DNA of 64,000 nt from Bacteroidaceae bacterium (GTDB taxonomy: Bacteria > Bacteroidota > Bacteroidia > Bacteroidales > Bacteroidaceae). The position numbers were made by a program, and so were the translations under genes. This document shows positions 19,035 through 26,794 of the stretch, one piece after another. The notes under the pieces are model-generated. The model made no database searches and was not told the origin of the DNA. It saw nothing but the letters and a program-made list of their open reading frames with translations. Where the stretch lies: positions 14,531 through 78,530 of the forward strand of contig JAZQQQ010000056.1 in assembly GCA_045629165.1 (NCBI GenBank). The letters run 5' to 3'. Within the stretch, counting starts at the first letter, position 1; every line of letters starts with the position of its first letter.

Positions 19035-21800
19035 ATGAAGAAGTCATATTACATAATACTACTTTCACTGTGCTGCATGCTTGTAGGATGCAGTGAAGAA
19101 CCGCTTGATACATCATTGACTATCGAACAGCGCAATCTGATTGGCACAGCAGTGAACTTCAGTCCCTATGTTGCCAACTTTAATATTACTCGTGCCGAAC
19201 CTTCCAAACCTACAGGTAATTCCAACAATCATGAAGGCGGATTCAATGCCAACGACATGATGTATATCTATCGTCAGTATTGGGACGAAACAACGGGAAC
19301 ATGGGTATACAGAAATCCTCCAGGAACTATCTATAAATACACCGATTTGAACCTTGGTGAGTCAGGTGTCTTTGACAAGACAAGTTGGCGCGTGTATGAG
19401 GGTAAGACTTTCCGTTTCTACGACTCTGATTACGAGAATCCCGAGAACTCCCTTTACGACACTTCCTTACCGGCAGACCAGCAAGTGCACTCATATAGAA
19501 AAACACTCACTAAGGGAGACTCCATCATATGGGAGACCGGTTCTACGGTCCGCTTCCGTGCATGGGCCTTGAGCAGAATGGGTAATGACCTTTCCGATAA
19601 AACCGATGTTTCTGGTGCTATCGAACCAAGGACCATTAATTATCCGGACTATATGGTCTGCGACTGGGTAACAGTATCCGGTCCTACACAGGCCATTCCA
19701 TTGGCCATGCGTCATCTGGGTTGCCGTATAGGCTTTACACCCCGTGAGAACAACCAGTTTGTGAAGATTGAACTTTGTACCGATCCTGCTGACTATATGC
19801 GTGATGACAACGCTCAGTCCGATGCTGATGATGCCCTTGACAAGCATCCAGAATTTGCAGATCCAGAACACCCAGAAATACTAACTGCGGCACAATGTGC
19901 AGCCAATGTTGCAGATGCTTTTGACCGTATGTGCTGGCCGGCAGGTGTGGATATGGAAACATTGTCTCTGCTGACATGTTCGACTGACGAAAAGACAAAG
20001 TACAGTTACAAAAGTCAAGAGATGAATATTGACTTCATTAAGGAAAAGAATGAAAACGGCACCTACAAGAATGTGAAGCATGCTCAGTTTTCAAGTTCCT
20101 CTGATAGTCGCTATTACCTCATATCCATTCCTTTTGATATGACCACAATGGAGCCAATAACTCTACCACCATACACGCGTTTCAAGGTCTGGCTGCGCGA
20201 TGTGAACAGTGGTGATGCTGGTACCAGTGAGCAGACGGGCTCAAGCGAGAACCGCTATCACATCTTCCAGTTAAGTGATGTCAAGAAGAGCGGCAGCACC
20301 GAGCCAGCCTTCCCTGATGGCTTTACTATGCTTGCCGGTTACAGTGCAACCTTCTCAGTAGGTTATCACTATAATAATCTGGAAGTATATGCAGAGGATA
20401 GCTTTACATGGGACGAAAGTCCACTCAATTCTACTATCTCTGAGGACGAGCATAAAGAATCAGACCAGCCTATCGCTTCTTCATATAATTGGTGGACGTC
20501 GGCTATCAAGGCTGCCTGCGAAAATGCAAAGTCAGGCAAGTCTTATAAACCTGATTTCAAAATCAGTAACAAGAATGAGTTGCTGGAGTTGGCCAATCTT
20601 GTGAATGGAAACTTTACGACATCTCCAGATATATTCAAAGAATGGGTTATTACCACTGACGAAAGAGGAGTTGAAATTAGTCGTGAGTTGAAATGGTACA
20701 CTGGTACTCATGTTAATGGTGATGGTTCTATTGATAAAGATTATGTTGACAAGAGTGTCCTTCAAAGTCAAGGATATATTTTCTACGATAAATATACACC
20801 ATCAATTGCAGACCGACCAGCAACTGTTGAGGAGGATTACCTCAAGGCACCTTACAACTTCTACGACGATCAGGTGAAGAGTCGTTGGACGGTAACACTT
20901 AGTGAAGACATTGATCTGAAAGACTGGAAACTTCCAACCATCGGTTCGGAGGAAAATCCCTTCTGCGGTTACTTTTACGGAGCTGGACACACCCTTACCA
21001 ACCTCTACATGACGAACAACGGGCAGATCTTCGGATATGCCATGAACGGTACTATAGCCAGCCTTAAAGTGGTGTCAACGCATCCTGTGAGCATCACTGG
21101 TACTTGCGAGAACGAACGTATAATTGGTTGCTCTGTTATAGCACCCTCAACTACGGCTACACTGGCCAACAAGACCAAGGGCTACTGCTATTTTGTGGGT
21201 TGCTTCCATCAGGGCAGTTCCGCAGCTCCGCTCGTCTACGACAGTCAGGATAAGGGATTCGAGATGTATGGTTGTATGCAGGCCAATGACGGTATAGCCC
21301 CAGGTAGTGCTGCTCTTGCCAATATCTCAACATCGGAAGCAATTGTTGGTAGTATCAGTGATGAGACTGAACTGGAAGAAATCAAATGGGGTCTGGTGTC
21401 ATGTAACTACTACGATACGGAACTCTCTCCTGGTTCGGTGGCATTCCACTCACCTTCCGGAAACTTGTCTGCATTCCATCGTCTTCAGTATATCCGTGGT
21501 TCAAAGACCCACATCTTGTGTGCCAAGAACGACTTCCTTGTAGATAGTAAAACAGAATGGAAGAAACTTGCCCAGCAGCGTAAGGACGAACTTTACGGAG
21601 TGGCACCTTGGCGTGCTATGAACTATGGTATCTTTGTGTATAACAGTACCGTACGAGAGGATATCGATCGATGCAAGATGCATTACGAACCTGCTACAAC
21701 TGTGGGATATGCACACTTGTATCCAGAACTTAAGACTGGTTTGCTTACTGCTGCAGATGAGGGTTCTAAGTATCTCAACGTGCTTGACCAGTTTAACTAA
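19035..21800 (+). CDS. Lipoprotein with a divergent fimbrillin-like N-terminal part and a C-terminal head module (921 aa)
   Basis: Lipobox MLVGC followed by SEE. Carries MRHLGCRIGFTP and YAEDSFTWDESP. The head signature is NKNELLELANLVNG..DIDLKDWKLPTIGSEENPFCGYFYGAGHTLTNLYM..GQIFGYAMNGTI. Confidence 0.6.
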   Translation: MKKSYYIILLSLCCMLVGCSEEPLDTSLTIEQRNLIGTAVNFSPYVANFNITRAEPSKPTGNSNNHEGGFNANDMMYIYRQYWDETTGTWVYRNPPGTIYKYTDLNLGESGVFDKTSWRVYEGKTFRFYDSDYENPENSLYDTSLPADQQVHSYRKTLTKGDSIIWETGSTVRFRAWALSRMGNDLSDKTDVSGAIEPRTINYPDYMVCDWVTVSGPTQAIPLAMRHLGCRIGFTPRENNQFVKIELCTDPADYMRDDNAQSDADDALDKHPEFADPEHPEILTAAQCAANVADAFDRMCWPAGVDMETLSLLTCSTDEKTKYSYKSQEMNIDFIKEKNENGTYKNVKHAQFSSSSDSRYYLISIPFDMTTMEPITLPPYTRFKVWLRDVNSGDAGTSEQTGSSENRYHIFQLSDVKKSGSTEPAFPDGFTMLAGYSATFSVGYHYNNLEVYAEDSFTWDESPLNSTISEDEHKESDQPIASSYNWWTSAIKAACENAKSGKSYKPDFKISNKNELLELANLVNGNFTTSPDIFKEWVITTDERGVEISRELKWYTGTHVNGDGSIDKDYVDKSVLQSQGYIFYDKYTPSIADRPATVEEDYLKAPYNFYDDQVKSRWTVTLSEDIDLKDWKLPTIGSEENPFCGYFYGAGHTLTNLYMTNNGQIFGYAMNGTIASLKVVSTHPVSITGTCENERIIGCSVIAPSTTATLANKTKGYCYFVGCFHQGSSAAPLVYDSQDKGFEMYGCMQANDGIAPGSAALANISTSEAIVGSISDETELEEIKWGLVSCNYYDTELSPGSVAFHSPSGNLSAFHRLQYIRGSKTHILCAKNDFLVDSKTEWKKLAQQRKDELYGVAPWRAMNYGIFVYNSTVREDIDRCKMHYEPATTVGYAHLYPELKTGLLTAADEGSKYLNVLDQFN

Positions 21801-21835
21801 TATCCAATGAGGAGCTGAAATTGATTATTATAAGG

Positions 21836-23005
21836 ATGAGAAGTATAAAGAAATACATATATTTAGCTCTGCCTCTGCTATGTTTTGGCTGCACAGTTGA
21901 CAATGCGGAGCAACAGCAACAACCGCTGGTCACTATGGACTGCGATATGTTCAATGCAAGCATTGTGCCATTTGTTGAAGATGGCGACAATGGCTGTGCA
22001 ACTCGTGTGAATGTAGCGGGCGATAGTTTCGTAGCGGGCGATCTGATACGTGTACGCATCATTGCTCCTTACGTATCATCAAACGAATATGGTGAGAGTA
22101 CCTGGGGTGGAACATACGATAACTTCCGCATATGGCAGTGGTCTGCAAACCACGCTGCATGGGCTTCAGTTGGTTCAGACCGAGGTTTCGACTTTGATAA
22201 TGACTTCTATCCAAGCGGTGCATCAAGCTCAATAACCATGCCACAGGCTACACCTTTTGTCTTCACGGCTACCACATGGACCGAGGAGATACACTACATA
22301 CTCTCTGAATATGGCAAAGTGGGCGGTACTTCCGTAATATCATTCAGCAACATCTTCAAGGCCGACCAGCGCAAGGAGGAGAACTACCGTGCAAGCGATG
22401 TGCTTTGGGCACAGCAGTATATGGAGACGGGAACAGACCGTGTATGCCTCAGTTTCGAGCATAAGATGGCTGCACTGAAGATTGACATAAGCGAATTTGC
22501 CAGCGAACTGACAGGTTCGGAAGAGATTATCCTGACATTAGAGAACATGCCAGACATCAATCAGCAGGAGGTGACCATCGGAAACTATTATGCCGAGAAG
22601 ATGAAGGACAAGAAGGCATATGGCGACTATTGGCGCACCAAGTGCGAGTATGCAGATAACGGCAAGGTGCTGGGCATCGTGGTGCCAAACGAGAGTGTTG
22701 GACATCTTGAGCAGATTCTGTTCACTTCATTGACACAGGATGGTGTCTATACGGCGTACAAGCAGGATGCCAACACATTCCTGCTCATCATTCCACCATA
22801 CACAGTACCAGATGGCATTACCCCTACTCTTTGGCTTCGTCAAGGCGAAAAGAGATGGTCAGCACCGCTGACATTGCCTAATAGCACTGTCACCCCCACT
22901 CAGATTGACCGCACCTTTGAATCGGGAAAGCGCTATTCTGTGGTGATGCAGATGCCTGCTACTCCTGACCCTACGCCAAATCCTGATCCAACGCCTCAAC
23001 CTTAA
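21836..23005 (+). CDS. Fimbrillin-family surface lipoprotein, single module, with a Pro/Thr-rich C-terminal tail
   Basis: The ATG at 21836 gives MRSIKKYIYLALPLLCFGC-TVDN; the track's TTG at 21821 adds only 5 aa. Carries SDVLWAQQ and FEHKMAALKIDI. The tail is PATPDPTPNPDPTPQP (nt 22955-23002). Confidence 0.65.
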   Translation: MRSIKKYIYLALPLLCFGCTVDNAEQQQQPLVTMDCDMFNASIVPFVEDGDNGCATRVNVAGDSFVAGDLIRVRIIAPYVSSNEYGESTWGGTYDNFRIWQWSANHAAWASVGSDRGFDFDNDFYPSGASSSITMPQATPFVFTATTWTEEIHYILSEYGKVGGTSVISFSNIFKADQRKEENYRASDVLWAQQYMETGTDRVCLSFEHKMAALKIDISEFASELTGSEEIILTLENMPDINQQEVTIGNYYAEKMKDKKAYGDYWRTKCEYADNGKVLGIVVPNESVGHLEQILFTSLTQDGVYTAYKQDANTFLLIIPPYTVPDGITPTLWLRQGEKRWSAPLTLPNSTVTPTQIDRTFESGKRYSVVMQMPATPDPTPNPDPTPQP

Positions 23006-23031
23006 TCCGAGAAATACTATAGAATTATCAT

Positions 23032-25500
23032 ATGCAGACAAGACTATATTATACCGCCATACCTTATGCTATTCCCTGCTCTAAGTGGGTCAGATGGGTA
23101 CTGATTTGCACGTTCTTTGCATTCCTTGCATCTTGTAGGAATGAACTTGAAGACATTACTCCTGAAGCAGTTAATGAAATTGCCAACGTCCAGGCAGAGA
23201 TCGGCTTGGGTATGGAGACGCGTGCTGCACAGCCGACTAATAACGTGGACTATATAGGTCGCGATAAGTTCGTGGAGAACGATGTGATGGTGCTGACTAA
23301 AATAAAACGTACCACCAAACCTCTTTCTGATTTCACCTACACGAATGTTCACTATACCAGCAATAACAACCGCGCATGGTCGAGAGATACAGATCTTGAT
23401 GGTTTCGATAAGCATGACCGAATCTATTGGTCGGACAACAAGAACGGACATACATTTATCGGTTACAGTATTCCTCAGACATGGGATAAGACTACAAAGT
23501 GGGTGCAAGCTGGCAACGAATATTCCGGTCAGTTCTCATATACAGAAGAAAATGGTATCAAGATTGTTGATTTCACAGTCAATACTGGGGATCTCAAAGA
23601 CGAGAAGGTGAAGAACTCCAATGGTGCATACGTAGCAACAGGCAACAAGGTGGACAGTACCGGAACCAAACTTAAGAATGAAGACCTCTTGCTGACATAC
23701 AACACTGAGCAGAAAGCAGATGTAAGTGGTCTCAATACTACCATTTATTATCGTCATGCGTTGGCATCGCTTCGCGTTATTGTCGATATTCAGGGCTTCT
23801 CACCAAGTTCCACGGCTCAGGATACCAAAACCACTGTTCACGACCTAGTGGTCAAGAATCAGCCTTGGAAATACAAATGGACACAAGCTCCACAAACTGG
23901 TGCTCATGGCATAGCTATCCCTGGTTGGGGTGTGGACAATATCACTACACAAGGAGATGGAACTGTAGATATCAAGACCTGGCAGCCACGTCCTTCTGGT
24001 GAAGGTACAGGACAGGCGAAGAAGTTCACTTTCTATTCGCTTATAGTGCCAGGAAAACAGGAGAATCTCACGCTCGATTTCCAGGTTACCTATCCGAATT
24101 ATCTGAATCCGGCAGAGAAGCAGACAAAGAATTACAGCACAAGATTATCTGTAATAGACTTTCTCCCGGGATATACCACCACTATTCTCCTCTCTCTTAA
24201 CCACGACGGAGAGCCGGTATATATTGGTGCGGAGTATATCGACTGGGAGAATGTGGAAACACCTGACCGAAGCGAGTTGCAGAAGATTTCCATCTTCCTT
24301 GATACCTCAGGCACAACGGATGCATCTGGAAAGACCATTGTATCTATAGCCAAAGATCCGGTTGCTACCAAGGACGATGCCACATGGCTCTATTATCTTG
24401 ATGGCATCAAAACAGATGAAACAAACGTCAGAGATATCTATGGACATACTGGTACACCGGCAGATCCGTTCATCATCAAGACTGCTCGACAACTTCTCTC
24501 ATTTGCTTATGAGGTAAAGAGCGGACGAGTGTTCTCTGGTCAGTATATTAAACTTGACAGTGATATATTTCTACAGAAGACAACAAGTGGTGAGGATATC
24601 ATCTGGCCGGGTGTAGGAGATGAAACCCATGCCTTTGAAGGTGTATTCCTTGGAGACAGCCGTTACATTAAGGGACTCAAGGGACAACCTTTCTTCAACG
24701 TGATTGGTGACTATGCAGTAGTTGACAAAGTGAACTTCTCTAAAGTTATCGATGTTGTCGGTTCTGGCGTAGTTGCCAACATCAATAAGGGACTCATTGC
24801 CGGTTGCAATGTAGAAGGTAAGGTTACTCAGGCTAATCCTGGCAGCAGCGAATCGTATTGCGGTAGTATTGTTGGCGACAACCAGAGCTTCATTGTGGCT
24901 TGCACCCATGTAGGTGATGTGGCCGGCTATGGTTATGTGGGCGGACTTGTTGGTCGCAATGCCGGTGCCCTCGTAGCTTCATACCACGCAGGTGCTGTGG
25001 CCTATGCATTGAATGCAACTGCTGACCAAAAGAAAGGTATTGGTGGTTCGACAGGTTTGAAGGATGCGACCAAGAGCATAGTCTTCAGTTGTTACCAGAA
25101 CAGCGATCTTACTTCCCATACTCCTGACTTGCAGTCATGCCGTGCTGCTTGGCCATTGACAACAATACAGATACAGTCTGAAGATTTTGTTAGTTCAATA
25201 GATGATAATATATTTGGTTTGGAAACATCAACACCAGAATCAGGGTATAATGAATACATTACAGGTGCGCGATATCATTATAGTTTGAACAATGCTTTGC
25301 AAAAATTCAGTAGTTGGGTAAATACAGTTGCTATTGAAGCGGCAAGAACAGGTGAAAATGTAGTCCTTCCTTGCCATACATTCTCTGCTCGACAAGTGCA
25401 AGTCCTGAACAACCTATTCAGTAAGGATCCAACGAATGGAAACCTTGCACCTGCCCACTTGTACAAATATGTGCCAGGTACCTATCCTAAGGTACAATAA
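23032..25500 (+). CDS. Chimeric lipoprotein: fimbrillin-like module plus a C-terminal GLUG-motif head (822 aa)
   Basis: Lipobox FLASC followed by RNELED. Carries EDLLLTYN, YRHALASLRVIV and GAEYIDWENVETPD. The head starts with ADPFIIKTARQLLSFAYEV, IKLDSDIFL and HAFEGVFLGDSRYIKGL, followed by CGSIVGDN and YVGGLVGRNAG. Confidence 0.7.
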   Translation: MQTRLYYTAIPYAIPCSKWVRWVLICTFFAFLASCRNELEDITPEAVNEIANVQAEIGLGMETRAAQPTNNVDYIGRDKFVENDVMVLTKIKRTTKPLSDFTYTNVHYTSNNNRAWSRDTDLDGFDKHDRIYWSDNKNGHTFIGYSIPQTWDKTTKWVQAGNEYSGQFSYTEENGIKIVDFTVNTGDLKDEKVKNSNGAYVATGNKVDSTGTKLKNEDLLLTYNTEQKADVSGLNTTIYYRHALASLRVIVDIQGFSPSSTAQDTKTTVHDLVVKNQPWKYKWTQAPQTGAHGIAIPGWGVDNITTQGDGTVDIKTWQPRPSGEGTGQAKKFTFYSLIVPGKQENLTLDFQVTYPNYLNPAEKQTKNYSTRLSVIDFLPGYTTTILLSLNHDGEPVYIGAEYIDWENVETPDRSELQKISIFLDTSGTTDASGKTIVSIAKDPVATKDDATWLYYLDGIKTDETNVRDIYGHTGTPADPFIIKTARQLLSFAYEVKSGRVFSGQYIKLDSDIFLQKTTSGEDIIWPGVGDETHAFEGVFLGDSRYIKGLKGQPFFNVIGDYAVVDKVNFSKVIDVVGSGVVANINKGLIAGCNVEGKVTQANPGSSESYCGSIVGDNQSFIVACTHVGDVAGYGYVGGLVGRNAGALVASYHAGAVAYALNATADQKKGIGGSTGLKDATKSIVFSCYQNSDLTSHTPDLQSCRAAWPLTTIQIQSEDFVSSIDDNIFGLETSTPESGYNEYITGARYHYSLNNALQKFSSWVNTVAIEAARTGENVVLPCHTFSARQVQVLNNLFSKDPTNGNLAPAHLYKYVPGTYPKVQ

Positions 25501-25554
25501 AAAAGTACTAGAATTGGATAGGAGTCGCCGCTATGCCAAGAATCACCCCAAGAT

Positions 25555-25818
25555 TCAGTGACGGAGAAGGTGGAGCAGGTTTTGGCCGTTTTCGGCAAAC
25601 CATGAATGCGGTTCGTATACGCAGAGTTCTTCGGGGTTGATTACTTCAGGACAATCGCTGATTGCGTAGCTGGCTCCGGCAACAAAGTCGAAGTCAACTT
25701 CTGATGATGGGTCCTGGTCGGTTACAATACTTTTTCCCATAAGGGCGCTCATGAGCACCCATGTAGCTGTCACTGCTATTCCTGTAAGCGTGAGCTTTGT
25801 TTCTATCTTTGCTTTCAT
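25555..25818 (-). CDS. Hypothetical small membrane or secreted protein (87 aa)
   Basis: The ATG at 25818 gives MKAKIETKLTLTGIAVTATWVLMSALMG, one hydrophobic helix, followed by an acidic ~55-aa tail with two Cys. I recognise no family. The coding call rests only on ORF length and position downstream of the WYL gene. Confidence 0.35.
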   Translation of the reverse strand: MKAKIETKLTLTGIAVTATWVLMSALMGKSIVTDQDPSSEVDFDFVAGASYAISDCPEVINPEELCVYEPHSWFAENGQNLLHLLRH

Positions 25819-25821
25819 GCT

Positions 25822-25892
25822 GCAAATTTGCCCCCGCTTTTTGACAGTTCTTGTCAATGGCGGAAAATTTGCAGAAAATTTGCAGAAAATTT
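25822..25892 (-). promoter_or_regulatory. Operator-like cluster between the WYL gene and the small ORF: a palindrome, an inverted repeat and an 11-bp tandem repeat
   Basis: Perfect palindrome GCAAATTTGC at 25822-25831. Inverted repeat TTGACA-gttct-TGTCAA at 25841-25857. GAAAATTTGCA occurs twice, plus a partial copy, at 25863-25892. The core AAATTTGC occurs three times in 70 nt. Confidence 0.45.
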
Positions 25893-26793
25893 ATAAGTCT
25901 GAAAGGTTTCTGCCTACATACTCTTTTACGTAGTTGCGGAATTCTGCTGATTCCACAATCCTGATCTGGCCTGCCAGGCCTGTATAGAACCGGCATGCAC
26001 CGGCAAAGCTGAAAACTTCAGTCTGCAGTATCCATTTGTCGCCACTCTTGTGTATCTGCTTTTCGGCAAGCGGATACTCTTCAAGCAGAAGGTCCTTGGC
26101 GTACATTGTCATTTCAAGTATTATCTTCTTTCCTTCATACCCTGTCATACGGAATATATCCATGCCATTCTGGATATGACCTTCTTCATTGGTCCACTCT
26201 TCTTCACAGATTTCAACCGTTTCAATACGGGATATCTTGAATGTCTTGACACGGTTGTCATCAAGGTCAAAAGCCCAAACGTCAATGAAGTTGGTCGTGA
26301 ATGCGAAAGGTTCCACATGCCTGTCCCTGACGGTATGGGAATTACCCGATTCGTAATTATGAAGTATGGCCTTTCTCTTTCCCTTGACAGCCTTTCCAAG
26401 CGCCTCTACATTGGCTGCATTGGACCGCTTGTCAACAAAATCAGCTATAGAAGTGGTGTTGTATATGACGGCAAGTTTCTTCTTCAGGTCAGTCTTCAGG
26501 GCATTTGTAGGGTCAAGCCTGTCAAGCAGGCTGTTCACAAGGATTGCCTCTTCTTCACTGAAATAGAGAAGCTTGTCCAGGTTCGGGTATGACTTGGGCA
26601 TGGTGGTCATCTTATAGACGTTGCCGTACAGTTTCTCAACTACGAATCCGCTCTCCTTGAAGGTGTCAATGTACCTGTAGATTGAACGGTATGAAGTGTC
26701 AAGCTTGCGTGCCAGTTCATCTATGGTATAGTCAACATTGCTGGCCAGTAGCTGCATCAGTCGCAGCACTCTTTCAATCTTGGGCTGGTCCAT
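25891..26793 (-). CDS. HTH + WYL domain transcriptional regulator (YafY/BrxR-like architecture, 300 aa)
   Basis: N-terminal wHTH (IERVLRLMQLLASNVDYTIDELARKLDTSYRSIYRYIDTF). Central WYL-type segment (RDRHVEPFAFTTNFIDVWAFDLDDNRVKTFKISRIETVEI). Also a C-terminal extension of ~90 aa. Confidence 0.8.
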   Translation of the reverse strand: MDQPKIERVLRLMQLLASNVDYTIDELARKLDTSYRSIYRYIDTFKESGFVVEKLYGNVYKMTTMPKSYPNLDKLLYFSEEEAILVNSLLDRLDPTNALKTDLKKKLAVIYNTTSIADFVDKRSNAANVEALGKAVKGKRKAILHNYESGNSHTVRDRHVEPFAFTTNFIDVWAFDLDDNRVKTFKISRIETVEICEEEWTNEEGHIQNGMDIFRMTGYEGKKIILEMTMYAKDLLLEEYPLAEKQIHKSGDKWILQTEVFSFAGACRFYTGLAGQIRIVESAEFRNYVKEYVGRNLSDL

Positions 26794-26794
26794 A

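Noticed and set aside
1-25500. The lipoprotein array as a polysaccharide utilisation locus or as a polymorphic-toxin/Rhs locus.
   Set aside because: There is no SusC-like TonB-dependent transporter, no SusD-like protein and no glycoside hydrolase in the block. I recognised no YD/Rhs repeats, toxin tips or immunity-like small ORFs.
25555-26793. The WYL regulator plus neighbour as a recognisable defence system (BREX, CBASS, CRISPR-associated).
   Set aside because: No nuclease, methyltransferase, cyclase, ATPase or Cas gene is adjacent. Only an uncharacterised 87-aa ORF follows. I kept this as a low-confidence hypothesis, not as a call.
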